Assembly (NCBI GenBank): GCA_938030665.1
Contig: CALHHY010000017.1
Coordinates: 25-64,024, forward strand
Source of the DNA: an uncultured Litoreibacter sp.
Lineage (GTDB): Bacteria > Pseudomonadota > Alphaproteobacteria > Rhodobacterales > Rhodobacteraceae
Direction: 5' to 3'
Length of the DNA stretch: 64,000 bases
Both the position numbers and the translations under genes were made by a program. The notes below the pieces were generated by a model. The model saw nothing but the letters and a program-made list of their open reading frames with translations, was not told where the DNA came from and ran no database searches. Positions 29,355 through 38,798 of this stretch are shown here, one piece after another (position 1 is the first letter of the stretch; every line of letters starts with the position of its first letter).

Positions 29355-30767
29355 ATGTTGAACCCCGTCTCTGATGAGCTGCGCGCGGAGCTGCGTGCCA
29401 AGCTGCCCGCCGCCGCTTTCCGCGATCTGACCCAAGCCTATCTGGAAGAACCACGAGGCCGCTATGCGGCGTCTGATGCGTTTCTGATTGCGCCGGGCAA
29501 TGCTGAAGAGGTTGCGACTGTGGTGCAGGCCTGCGCGGCGGCACGGGTGGGGATTATCCCTTATGGCGGGGGGACGGGGCTTGTCGGCGGGCAGGTCGCC
29601 CCTGACGGTCCGACGTCGGTCCTGTTGTCGCTGGAACGGATGACCACGATCAGCAATGTCGACGCCACCCAGAACGTTCTGACCTGCGAGGCGGGCGCAG
29701 TCCTGCAGACGGTGCAGGAGGCCGCGGATGGCGTGGACCGGCTGTTTCCCCTGACGCTGGCCAGCCAGGGCTCCGCCCGGATCGGGGGGACGTTGGCGAC
29801 CAATGCAGGCGGTGTGAACGTGCTGCGCTACGGCAATATGCGGGATCTGTGTCTGGGGTTGGAAGCGGTGTTGCCCACGGGCGAGATCTGGCATGGCCTG
29901 ACCCCGCTGCGCAAAAACAACATGGGGTATGACCTGCGGCATCTGCTGATCGGTGCGGAAGGCAGCTTGGGGATCATCACCGCAGCGAGCCTGAAACTTT
30001 TTCCCAAACCGCAGCATCAGGGGGCGGCGCTTTTTGCCGTTACAAGCCCCCAGGCCGCGCTCGACCTGCTGGCGCTCGCGGGGGAGATGCTGGGCGGCCA
30101 AGTGTCAGCTTTTGAGCTGATCCACCGCATGGGGCTCGACTTTCTGGCCGAGACCGGACCGAAGGTGGACATGCCTTTGTCGGCATTGCCCGACTGGATG
30201 GTGCTGATTGACCTAGGATGTTTTGCCGGCACCGACCCGGCGGCCTCGCTGGAGGCGCTTTTTGCCGCGGCGGCCGAACGCGGGCTGGCGCATGACGGGG
30301 TGATTGCGCAGTCGCTGGCGCAACGCAGCGCGCTTTGGGCTATCCGTGAAAACATCCCCGAGGCCAACCGGCGGATCGGGTCTGTCTCCAGCCACGATAT
30401 CTCGGTGCCGCTCGTGCAAATCCCCGTTCTCATCGACCGCGCGGGGGCGGAACTGGCCCGGCTGGGGGCGTTCCGGATCAACTGTTTTGGCCATGTGGGC
30501 GACGGAAATCTGCACTATAACGTCTTCCCTACCAAAGGAAAAACGCGCGCTGACTACGAACATCTGCGACAGGACGTAAAAGAGATCGTCCATGATCTGA
30601 CGCATGCGCTTGGCGGGTCCATATCGGCGGAGCATGGGGTGGGACGGCTGAAAGTCGGGGATCTGGAGAAATACGGGGATCCTGCAAAACTGGCTGCGAT
30701 GCGGGCGATAAAGGCAGGGCTTGATCCGATGGGGATCATGAACCCCGGTGCGGTTTTGCGGACGTGA
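29355..30767 (+). CDS. FAD-binding oxidoreductase (D-2-hydroxyacid dehydrogenase-like)
   Basis: GGGTGLVGG, TNAGG, GAEGSLGIIT, GHVGDGNLH, SISAEHGVG. Confidence 0.92.
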   Translation: MLNPVSDELRAELRAKLPAAAFRDLTQAYLEEPRGRYAASDAFLIAPGNAEEVATVVQACAAARVGIIPYGGGTGLVGGQVAPDGPTSVLLSLERMTTISNVDATQNVLTCEAGAVLQTVQEAADGVDRLFPLTLASQGSARIGGTLATNAGGVNVLRYGNMRDLCLGLEAVLPTGEIWHGLTPLRKNNMGYDLRHLLIGAEGSLGIITAASLKLFPKPQHQGAALFAVTSPQAALDLLALAGEMLGGQVSAFELIHRMGLDFLAETGPKVDMPLSALPDWMVLIDLGCFAGTDPAASLEALFAAAAERGLAHDGVIAQSLAQRSALWAIRENIPEANRRIGSVSSHDISVPLVQIPVLIDRAGAELARLGAFRINCFGHVGDGNLHYNVFPTKGKTRADYEHLRQDVKEIVHDLTHALGGSISAEHGVGRLKVGDLEKYGDPAKLAAMRAIKAGLDPMGIMNPGAVLRT

Positions 30768-30796
30768 TTTGCGCCGCGCGGACGCGCGTCGCGACG

Positions 30797-30852
30797 CCGG
30801 GGAGGCGCTGCCTCCCCGGACCCCTCCGGGACACTTTTTGAAGCAATGAAGG
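30797..30852. repeat. GC-rich palindromic intergenic element (REP-like)
   Basis: CCGGGGAGGC-GCT-GCCTCCCCGG perfect 10-bp stem plus tail CCCCTCCGGGACACTTTTTGAAGCAATGAAG between convergent genes. Confidence 0.6.
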
Positions 30853-30856
30853 GGGG

Positions 30857-31387
30857 TTAATCGCCCTCGAAGGCGCAGAGCGCGTCGACCGTCATGCCAA
30901 GCGTTTCAAGCTTCGCCCGCCCGCCCAGATCAGGCAGGTCGATGATGAAGGAGCATCCGATGACCTCGGCGCCAAGTTTTTCGATGAGCTTGATGCCCGC
31001 CTCCGCCGTGCCGCCGGTGGCCAGCAGATCATCGACCAACAGCACCTTTTCACCGGCGTTCAGGCTATCATCATGCAGTTCCATCGTGGCTTCGCCATAT
31101 TCGAGACTGTAGGATTGCTCGATCGTTTTGCCGGGCAGCTTGCCTTTCTTGCGGATCGGGACGAAGCCCACGGAAAGCTGATGCGCGATGGCCCCGCCCA
31201 GGATAAAGCCGCGCGCCTCCAGCCCTGCCACCTTGTCGAACCGCACCCCGGCATAGGGGGCCAGCATCTGGTCGACAGCCATGCGGAATCCGCGCGGGTC
31301 AAGAAACAACGTGGTCACGTCGCGAAACATGATGCCCTCATGCGGGAAATCGGGGATCGTGCGGATGTAGTCTTTAACGTCGGTCAT
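30857..31387 (-). CDS. apt: Adenine phosphoribosyltransferase
   Basis: [35 protein letters not shown]. Confidence 0.98.
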   Translation of the reverse strand: MTDVKDYIRTIPDFPHEGIMFRDVTTLFLDPRGFRMAVDQMLAPYAGVRFDKVAGLEARGFILGGAIAHQLSVGFVPIRKKGKLPGKTIEQSYSLEYGEATMELHDDSLNAGEKVLLVDDLLATGGTAEAGIKLIEKLGAEVIGCSFIIDLPDLGGRAKLETLGMTVDALCAFEGD

Positions 31388-31441
31388 GAACAAAGGGCTC
31401 CTGATGCGGGGCGGATTCTGGGTTTTTGGAATGGATAACGG

Positions 31442-32320
31442 CTACGCGGAAAGCACCCGGCCTGCGACCGCATCCAGCTTGGCAACCAGCGCCGGGTCGC
31501 GGGCAGGTGGATGGGTAATGATCGCGTACTCTAGCGCCTTGTCGCAGCGATGTGGGCAGTCCGTGCGATCCGCGCCCAGAAGGGCGGGTAGCCGGGCTAC
31601 CATGGCGCGCGCCTTGTCGGCATTTCCGATCAGGGTTGCGATGATCTTGGTCACGTCCACCTCCCCATGGTCTGGATGCCAGCTGTCATAATCGGTTATC
31701 ATCGCGACACTTGCGTAGCAAAGCTCCGCCTCGCGGGCGAGCTTGGCCTCGGGCATGTTCGTCATCCCGATGACGTCCGCCCCCCAGCTTTCGCGGTACA
31801 TCCGGCTTTCGGCCAGAGTTGAGAATTGCGGGCCCTCCATAGCCAGATAGGTGCCGGATTTATGCACGTTGATCCCCTCCGCCGTTGCGGCCTGAAAACA
31901 GGCGTCGCCAAGGCGCGGGCAGGTCGGGTGCGCGACGGAGACATGGGCGACGCAGCCCGGCCCGAAGAAGCTTTTCTCCCGCGCGAAAGTGCGGTCAATG
32001 AACTGATCTACAATGACAAAGTCACCCGGCGCCATCTCGTCGCGGAAAGACCCGCAGGCGGAGACCGAGATCACATCGGTGGCCCCCAAACGTTTCAGCG
32101 CGTCGATATTGGCGCGGTAAGGGACCGAGCTGGGGGTATGCACGTGACCCCGACCATGGCGCGGCAGGAAGGCCATTTTCACCCCACCCAAGCGGCCCGT
32201 CAGCACCGCATCCGAGGGTGCCCCCCAAGGCGTGTCAACGGTCTGCCATTCGGCTCCCGCAAGCCCCTCAATCTCGTAAATGCCGGAGCCGCCAATCACG
32301 GCAATCATCGTATCGGTCAT
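31442..32320 (-). CDS. mtnP: S-methyl-5'-thioadenosine phosphorylase
   Basis: IGGSG, FLPRHGRGH, EGPQFST.AES, IGMTNMPEA, TDYDSWH. Confidence 0.93.
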   Translation of the reverse strand: MTDTMIAVIGGSGIYEIEGLAGAEWQTVDTPWGAPSDAVLTGRLGGVKMAFLPRHGRGHVHTPSSVPYRANIDALKRLGATDVISVSACGSFRDEMAPGDFVIVDQFIDRTFAREKSFFGPGCVAHVSVAHPTCPRLGDACFQAATAEGINVHKSGTYLAMEGPQFSTLAESRMYRESWGADVIGMTNMPEAKLAREAELCYASVAMITDYDSWHPDHGEVDVTKIIATLIGNADKARAMVARLPALLGADRTDCPHRCDKALEYAIITHPPARDPALVAKLDAVAGRVLSA

Positions 32321-32501
32321 ATCTGCCCGCCTTTGGAATGGATGTCGCGTCTTGAGGGCGATACTGCCGCAACCTTTACCGGATGGAAACGCCCCGCGCG
32401 TATGTCGCAGGCAGGAATTTCGCAGAGAGGGGGGTGCATCTTGGCGCGCGGCCCGGTAAGGGCGGGGACAACCAGTGATAGACCTATCAAACGAGGCCCG
32501 C

Positions 32502-34187
32502 GTGACCCGCAGCTTTCTCAAAGCCCTTTCGCAAAACACCCTGCTGAGCGACCTGCAACTGGTCCCAGACGGGCCGATTTCGCCCGCCCGCTGGCGGATC
32601 GAGCTGCTGTCAGGGCTGACCGTTGCGCTGGCGTTGGTGCCTGAAGCCGTGGCCTTCGCGTTTGTGGCCGGTGTGCACCCGCTGGTGGGGCTTTACGCGG
32701 CCTTCATCGTGGGGTTGATCACGGCACTTATTGGCGGTCGTCCCGGCATGATTTCGGGCGCGACGGGGGCTTTGGCCGTGGTCATGGTGGCGCTCGTGGC
32801 CGAACACGGGGTGGAGTATCTGTTTGCCACGGTTATCCTGATGGGGCTTATACAGATCGCGGTTGGCGTGCTGAGATGGGGCAAGTTCATCCGGCTGGTC
32901 CCGCACCCGGTGATGCTTGGCTTTGTGAACGGGCTGGCGATCGTTATTTTCCTTGCGCAACTGGGTCAGTTCCAGGTGCCGGGCACAGCGGGCCATGGTG
33001 GCGGGCATGGCATGGCGAATGGCGAATGGCTGTCGGGGCTGCCGCTAACCCTGATGCTGGGGCTGACGGCGCTGACCATGGCGATCATTTGGGCCACCCC
33101 CAAGGTCACAAAGCTGATCCCGGCACCGCTTGCGGGCATCGCCATTGTCGCGTTGATTGTGATCGCCTTCGGCATCGACGTGCCGCGGGTGGGTGACCTG
33201 GCCGAGATTGCAGGCGGTTTCCCCAGCTTCCACAACCCGTTCAGCTTCGCAGGCAACGCTTCCGTCGCACTCGGCATTTACGGCGATCTGCTTGCCCCCT
33301 TCACGTTGGAGACGCTCTGGATCATCCTGCCCTATGCCGTGATCCTGTCGGCCATTGGGCTTATCGAAAGCCTGCTAACTTTGAACCTTGTGGGCGCGAT
33401 CACCGGCAAACGCGGCGGCGCCAGCCAGGAATGTGTGGCGCAGGGCGTGGCCAACACGGTGACCGGGTTTTTCGGCGGCATGGGCGGTTGCGCGATGATC
33501 GGGCAGTCGATGATCAACGTCAATTCCGGCGGGCGGACCCGGATCGCCGGCATTGCGGCGGCGCTATTTCTGCTGGCCTTCATTATGGTCGGCGCGCCGA
33601 TGATCGAGCAGATCCCGCTGGCCGCGCTTGTGGGTGTGATGTTCATGGTGGTGATCGGGACATTCGCCTGGAACAGTTTCAACATCATCCGCAAGGCGCC
33701 GCGCACCGACGCGTTTGTCATCATCCTCGTGACGATCACAACCGTGATGTACGACCTCGCAACGGCTGTGGTCGTGGGCGTCATCGTTTCGGCCTTGGCC
33801 TATGCGTGGCAGAACGCCAAGCGCATCCATGCCAAGATTTACGAGACGCCGGAAGGCGCGAAGGTCTATCAGGTGCAGGGCCCACTGTTCTTTGGCTCTA
33901 CGGATGGCTTCGACGAGCTGTTCGCACCCGAAACCGATCCCTCCCTGGTGGTCATCGACTTCGCGGAAAGCCGGGTCGCCGACCAATCGGCCCTGCAGGC
34001 GATCGAAGCGGTTGCGGCCCGTTACGAGGCTGTCGGCAAACGGGTCGAGTTGCGCCATCTCAGCCGGGATTGCCACGAGCTTCTGACCAATGCGGGCCAG
34101 CTGATGGTTGATAGCGACGATGACCCCGATTACGCGATTGCCACGAATTATTCGGTCAAGACCGGTCAACTGGCAGGCGGCCACTAG
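32502..34187 (+). CDS. SulP family anion transporter with STAS domain
   Basis: VALALVPEAVAF, GRPGMISGATG, GGMGGCAMIGQS, GPLFFGS; GTG start approximate. Confidence 0.95.
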   Translation: MTRSFLKALSQNTLLSDLQLVPDGPISPARWRIELLSGLTVALALVPEAVAFAFVAGVHPLVGLYAAFIVGLITALIGGRPGMISGATGALAVVMVALVAEHGVEYLFATVILMGLIQIAVGVLRWGKFIRLVPHPVMLGFVNGLAIVIFLAQLGQFQVPGTAGHGGGHGMANGEWLSGLPLTLMLGLTALTMAIIWATPKVTKLIPAPLAGIAIVALIVIAFGIDVPRVGDLAEIAGGFPSFHNPFSFAGNASVALGIYGDLLAPFTLETLWIILPYAVILSAIGLIESLLTLNLVGAITGKRGGASQECVAQGVANTVTGFFGGMGGCAMIGQSMINVNSGGRTRIAGIAAALFLLAFIMVGAPMIEQIPLAALVGVMFMVVIGTFAWNSFNIIRKAPRTDAFVIILVTITTVMYDLATAVVVGVIVSALAYAWQNAKRIHAKIYETPEGAKVYQVQGPLFFGSTDGFDELFAPETDPSLVVIDFAESRVADQSALQAIEAVAARYEAVGKRVELRHLSRDCHELLTNAGQLMVDSDDDPDYAIATNYSVKTGQLAGGH

Positions 34188-34193
34188 GCGGGC

Positions 34194-34241
34194 AAATTCC
34201 TTGGAAAAGGGATTTTTGAAAACTCTTTCTTCAAGAGTTTT
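34194..34241. repeat. AT-rich twin-hairpin element, copy C
   Basis: AAATTCCTT-GGAA-AAGGGATTT (one G-U pair), TTG, AAAACTCTT-TCTTC-AAGAGTTTT. Confidence 0.8.
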
Positions 34242-34253
34242 GGACCGCGCGGG

Positions 34254-34859
34254 TCATTCGTCAGGGCGATTGAGGCTGAAGAGCGTCTCCACCCTCGCAT
34301 AGTCACGGTAACCCAGCCGGGCCAGTGGCTGGAAGGTGGTCACGTCAAAGATCCCGTCCCGCAGGCAATCGTCGCGTAGGTGGATGCCAGTGACCTCGCC
34401 AAACACGGCGATATTGGCCTCCCCCGGCAGGTCCACCACTTGCGTCAGTTTGCATTCAAGGTTTGCTGGCGCATTTGTCACGCGGGAACAGTCGATGGTG
34501 TCACAAGCGCTGCGCTCAATGCCCGCAAGCTCGAACTCGTCCGTCCCTTTGTCATAGCCCCCTGAGGACAGGTTCATCACGTCGCGCGCCGCATATTCCA
34601 CAACATTCACGCAGAAAACGCCGGTGTCGATGATGTTGGCTACGCTGTCTTTGCCCTTGGCGCGGTCAGGCTTGCCGGAGGTGGAGGCGAACATTACCTG
34701 GGGCGGCACATAGGCCACCGCGTTGAAGAATGAGTAAGGGGCGAGGTTCTCGGACCCGTCCGCGCCTTTGGTTGAAATCCAGCCGATGGGGCGTGGGGTC
34801 ACGATGGCATTGAACGGGTTATGCGGCAGGCCGTGACCGTCTTCGGGCCGGTAGAACAT
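34254..34859 (-). CDS. Flavin reductase family protein
   Basis: PRPIGWIST, NLAPYSFFN, KDSVANI, LARLGYRDY; GGAG RBS. Confidence 0.92.
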   Translation of the reverse strand: MFYRPEDGHGLPHNPFNAIVTPRPIGWISTKGADGSENLAPYSFFNAVAYVPPQVMFASTSGKPDRAKGKDSVANIIDTGVFCVNVVEYAARDVMNLSSGGYDKGTDEFELAGIERSACDTIDCSRVTNAPANLECKLTQVVDLPGEANIAVFGEVTGIHLRDDCLRDGIFDVTTFQPLARLGYRDYARVETLFSLNRPDE

Positions 34860-34945
34860 GGCAGGGTCTCCAATCAGGTTTGCCCAAGGTGGTACGCCCA
34901 TGCTAGGCCAACGAAAAGCAAAATTATGGGGGCGCCGGAAGGCCC

Positions 34946-35431
34946 GTGAGGCTTGAGCAGGAACAGCCACAAGACTGGTGGGAGGTCGAGGCGCTTTACG
35001 ATCTTTGTTTCGCACCGGGGCGGGAGGCGCTGTCGTCCTACCGGTTGCGCGACGGGGTGGCGCCTGTGGCCGCGCTTTGCCGTGTGGCGCGCGACCCGGA
35101 CGGCATTCTGGGCGGCGTCATCCGGTATTGGCCTGTCTCGGTTGCGGGCAATCCCTGCCTGCTCTTGGGGCCGATTGCGGTGCACCCGACCCGCCAGGGG
35201 GAAGGGCTAGGCGGCGGGTTGATCCGCGACAGCCTTGCGCGGGCCGAGGCGGGCGGTTGGCACAGGGTCATCCTTGTGGGCGACGCGCCCTATTACGGCA
35301 AGTTCGGGTTCAAGGTCCTGCGCGACATCGCTATGCCGCCGCCCACCAACCCAGAGCGGGTATTGGGGCTGGCGCTTCGACAAGGTAGCTGGTCAGGCAT
35401 TTCCGGCGCGGTGGAAAAGGCTCCGAATTGA
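34946..35431 (+). CDS. GNAT family N-acetyltransferase
   Basis: LLLGPIAVHPTRQGEGLG, ILVGDAPYYGKFGF. Confidence 0.9.
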   Translation: MRLEQEQPQDWWEVEALYDLCFAPGREALSSYRLRDGVAPVAALCRVARDPDGILGGVIRYWPVSVAGNPCLLLGPIAVHPTRQGEGLGGGLIRDSLARAEAGGWHRVILVGDAPYYGKFGFKVLRDIAMPPPTNPERVLGLALRQGSWSGISGAVEKAPN

Positions 35432-35455
35432 AAAGACGCGTCCTTCGCCCCATCT
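35428..35455 (+). promoter_or_regulatory. Sigma32 (RpoH)-type promoter upstream of the EcsC-family gene
   Basis: TTGAAA-14 bp-CCCCATCT. Confidence 0.65.
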
Positions 35456-35479
35456 GGTAAGGGGAAGGAGTGACGTAAT

Positions 35480-36241
35480 ATGACCCAGACGATCCTGCCC
35501 CCCATTGAACCTGGCGCCGATACCCAAGCCACGCTTGAGGCGCTGGCAACGCGCTACAAGAACGCGCGCGGGTTGGGGATGCAGGCGGTAAACATGCTGG
35601 GCGGGCAGGCGGAGCATTTGCTTGACCGGCTGCCCGGTGCGGTGCGCGGCGGCCTAGAAGGCGCGACCTTTCAGGCGTTGGAGCTTAGTTTCTCCGCCGC
35701 GGCGGCCTCTCGCGGTACATTGCCCGATACCGGGCACTGGCTGACACGGGCCGTCACCATGGCCACTGGCGCGGCGGGCGGCTTTGGAGGCACGGCCTCC
35801 GCACTGGCCGAATTGCCCGTCACAACAACCGTCATCTTGCGCGCAGTTCAGGGGATCGCTGCTGACTACGGGTTCGATCCTTCCCATGAAGATACCCGCG
35901 CAGATTGCATACAGGTCTTCGCCGCCGCCGGCCCGATTGAGGGGGACGATGGCGCAGATATCAGCTTTCTGACCCTGCGCGCGGGGGTCACGGGCGCTAC
36001 GTTGCAAAGCCTGTTGAGGACCGTGGCACCGCGGCTGGCCACCACGCTTGGCAACAAGCTGGCCGCGCAGACCGTGCCGGTGCTGGGCGCGGTATCGGGG
36101 GCTGCGATCAACTATATCTACACGAGCTACTTCCAGGAAATGGCGCATATCCAGTTCGGGCTGCGCCGGCTCGCGGAAGAGACGGGACAGGATCGGGCCG
36201 CCCTGATCGCGGCATTTGCCCAAAAAATAGGCAAATCCTGA
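35480..36241 (+). CDS. EcsC family protein
   Basis: TGAAGGFGG, ELPVTTTVILRA, AAQTVPVLGAVSGAAIN. Confidence 0.85.
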   Translation: MTQTILPPIEPGADTQATLEALATRYKNARGLGMQAVNMLGGQAEHLLDRLPGAVRGGLEGATFQALELSFSAAAASRGTLPDTGHWLTRAVTMATGAAGGFGGTASALAELPVTTTVILRAVQGIAADYGFDPSHEDTRADCIQVFAAAGPIEGDDGADISFLTLRAGVTGATLQSLLRTVAPRLATTLGNKLAAQTVPVLGAVSGAAINYIYTSYFQEMAHIQFGLRRLAEETGQDRAALIAAFAQKIGKS

Positions 36242-36280
36242 CGAATTTTGGAACTATCCCCCACGTCACCGTGTTTTTCT

Positions 36281-36401
36281 GTTGAAGAGAGTGAAAGAAC
36301 AGTGTCGGAGGGCACTTGTACTTCTCTCGAAGGACAGCCGGGATCGTCCCCCGGCAGTGCAGGATTGCCCGTCATCTGTTTCAGATGGCGGGCAATTTTT
36401 T
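36281..36401 (+). ncRNA. Candidate small RNA (about 120 nt)
   Basis: GGAAC-N17-TGTT promoter-like motif at 36250-36275, two internal hairpins, 15-bp terminator stem plus T run. Confidence 0.5.
36364..36401 (+). terminator. Strong Rho-independent terminator
   Basis: ATTGCCCGTCATCTG-TTT-CAGATGGCGGGCAAT then TTTTT. Confidence 0.88.
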
Positions 36402-36453
36402 GTCTTCCGGGCTGTAGGTCGCGGCCCATCCGGGTAAGGTTTCACAAGCGCTT

Positions 36454-38712
36454 CTAGCTGATTGATTTGCTTGTGAGATACCCCATCACGGCAGGCCGAA
36501 CCGATTGTGCGCCGCTGCCGCAGGCCTCATCAATCACGGCGCGCAGTTCTGCGATGTTGGTCTGCCGGATCATGCTTTTGACGGGGCCGATTGACGCCGG
36601 CCGCATTGACAGCGCATCCATGCCCATGGCGGCAAAACAAGCGGCCTCTACCGGACGGCCGGCATCTTCGCCGCAGAAACTCAGCGGCGTCTTGGTCTCC
36701 TGGCACCGCTGCACGATACGTTCGATGAAAGTCAGGAAGCTCACGTTCAGCGTGTCATAGCGCCGGCGCACGCGCTCGTTCTCCCGGTCGGCGGCGAAGA
36801 AAAACTGCTTAAGATCATTGCCGCCGATGGAGATAAAATCTGCTAATTCAAAGAACTGACGCGGTGCAAAGGCCAGCGACGGCGTCTCCAGCATGGCCCC
36901 GATTTTAAGGGCAGAGGGCAGGGCGTGACCGAGCTTCTTTTCACGCTCTATCTCGTCCAGTAGCTGGGTGCGCGCGTCGCGAAACTCGTCAAATTGCGCG
37001 ACGAAGGGGAACATGATCGCCAGCGGGCGACCTGCCGCGCCACGGATCAGCGCCTGCAGCTGCATGCGCATCACGCCGCGCTTATCCAGACCCACGCGGA
37101 TGGCGCGCCAGCCCATGGCGGGGTTGGGCTCGTCCTGCGGTTTCATATAGGGCAGCACCTTGTCCGACCCGATATCAAGCGTGCGGAAAACGACCTGCTT
37201 GCCTTGCGCCGCATCCATGACGGAGCCGTAAATCTGCGCCAGCTCAGAACGGCGGGGCACGGTGGCGCGGGTCAGAAACTGCAGCTCGGTTCGAAACAGG
37301 CCCACCCCTTCGGCGCCCGAGCTTTCAAGCGACGGCAGATCGGCCATCAGCCCCGCATTCATGTGAAGGGCGACCGTGTGGCCGCAAACCGATGTCGCGG
37401 GCTTGTCGCGGATCGAGGCGTAGCGTTCCTGCGCCTGCGCCTGCATGGCGATCTTGTCGCGGAAGGCGGCGGCGACATTGTCTTCCGGGCGCAGATGCAC
37501 GACACCCTGATCGCCATCAACAAGGATCGGGTCGCCGTTCAGCGCCTCCGTCAGAATTTTCTTGGCATTGATCACCAGCGGGATAGCCCAGGCCCGCGCG
37601 ACAATGGCCGCATGGCTGCCGACGGAGCCTTCTTCCAGAACGATGCCGCGCAGCTTCTTGCCGTAATCCAGAAGCTCACCCGGACCGATATTGCGGGCGA
37701 TGAGGATCGGTTTTTCCGGCATTTCCGCCCCGGTATCCGAGCCTTGCCCGGTCAGGATGCGCAGCAGACGGTTGGACAGGTCATCAAGGTCGTGCAGCCG
37801 CTCGCGCAGATAGGCGTCAGGCACTTTCTCCATGCGGGCGCGGGTGGCGGATTGCTCCTTCTCGACAGCGGCTTCGGCAGATAACCCGAGGGAGATATCC
37901 TCCTCCATCCGCCGAACCCAGGACCGGGAATTGGCAAACATGCGGTAGGCCTCAAGGACCTTGACCTGCTCCTTATCCGCGCCTCGCCCGAGCGAGTTCA
38001 GCATCGCATCAACAGAGCTTCGCAGGCTGTCGATGGCCTCCTGCAGGCGGCGCAGCTCCTCATGCGGGTCGTCGGAGATCGGGTTGCTGACCACGACGCG
38101 CGGCTCATGCAGATAGACTTGGCCCTCTGAGGCGCCTTCCTGCCCTGTGCCGCCGCGAAACAGAACCGGTTGCGTATGGCGGGCGCCCATGGCCCCGTCG
38201 CCGTCATTGTTGACGAAAGCGCCCAGCTCTGTCATCTCGGCCAGCACCATGGCGACGACTTCAAGCGCGTAGACCTCGTCGTCGGAATAGCTGCGCGCGT
38301 CCTTGGATTGCACAACCAGCACGCCCAGAGACTCGCCCAACCGCTGTACCGGCACACCCAGGAAGGAGGAGAATATCTCCTCCCCTGTTTCGGGCATGTA
38401 GCGGAAGCCCTTGGCGGACGGGGCGTCGGGGGTGTTCACGGCGGTTTTGCTGCGGGCCACGCGCCCGACCAGCCCCTCGCCGATGCGCATCCGGGTCTGG
38501 TGGACGGCGTCGGGGTTCAGGCCCTCGGTGGCGCAAAGCTCCAGCGTGTCGGCATCGCGAAACAGGTAGATGGAGCACACATCCGTGCCCATGGAATCGG
38601 CGATCAGATGCGTGATCCGATCCAGCCGTTCTTGCCCGGCGCTGTCCTGCGCCAGCGTCTCGCGTAGCCGCCCCAGCAGCTTGCGGCTTTCGCTTTCAGT
38701 CCTTTCGGCCAA
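36454..38712 (-). CDS. ptsP: PEP-protein phosphotransferase EI-Ntr (GAF + EI)
   Basis: N-terminal GAF domain, SVGSHAAIVARA phospho-His, GVGLFRTE, EPNPAMGWRAIR, SFCGE; TTG start. Confidence 0.97.
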   Translation of the reverse strand: MAERTESESRKLLGRLRETLAQDSAGQERLDRITHLIADSMGTDVCSIYLFRDADTLELCATEGLNPDAVHQTRMRIGEGLVGRVARSKTAVNTPDAPSAKGFRYMPETGEEIFSSFLGVPVQRLGESLGVLVVQSKDARSYSDDEVYALEVVAMVLAEMTELGAFVNNDGDGAMGARHTQPVLFRGGTGQEGASEGQVYLHEPRVVVSNPISDDPHEELRRLQEAIDSLRSSVDAMLNSLGRGADKEQVKVLEAYRMFANSRSWVRRMEEDISLGLSAEAAVEKEQSATRARMEKVPDAYLRERLHDLDDLSNRLLRILTGQGSDTGAEMPEKPILIARNIGPGELLDYGKKLRGIVLEEGSVGSHAAIVARAWAIPLVINAKKILTEALNGDPILVDGDQGVVHLRPEDNVAAAFRDKIAMQAQAQERYASIRDKPATSVCGHTVALHMNAGLMADLPSLESSGAEGVGLFRTELQFLTRATVPRRSELAQIYGSVMDAAQGKQVVFRTLDIGSDKVLPYMKPQDEPNPAMGWRAIRVGLDKRGVMRMQLQALIRGAAGRPLAIMFPFVAQFDEFRDARTQLLDEIEREKKLGHALPSALKIGAMLETPSLAFAPRQFFELADFISIGGNDLKQFFFAADRENERVRRRYDTLNVSFLTFIERIVQRCQETKTPLSFCGEDAGRPVEAACFAAMGMDALSMRPASIGPVKSMIRQTNIAELRAVIDEACGSGAQSVRPAVMGYLTSKSIS

Positions 38713-38798
38713 GGCCGACCCCCTCCGTCAAATGTGTTGCCCGAATCTATAGGGGAGATTGAGCGCGAGGGGGAGGTACGTTTCGCCTTGCGTCGCAG

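Noticed and set aside
30857-32320. mtnP-apt adjacency
   Set aside because: Ordinary salvage logic (MTA phosphorylase releases adenine for Apt); not novel
36248-36457. 69-aa ORF in the ecsC-ptsP gap
   Set aside because: TTG start without RBS, runs through a strong terminator, no protein-like features; the RNA interpretation fits better
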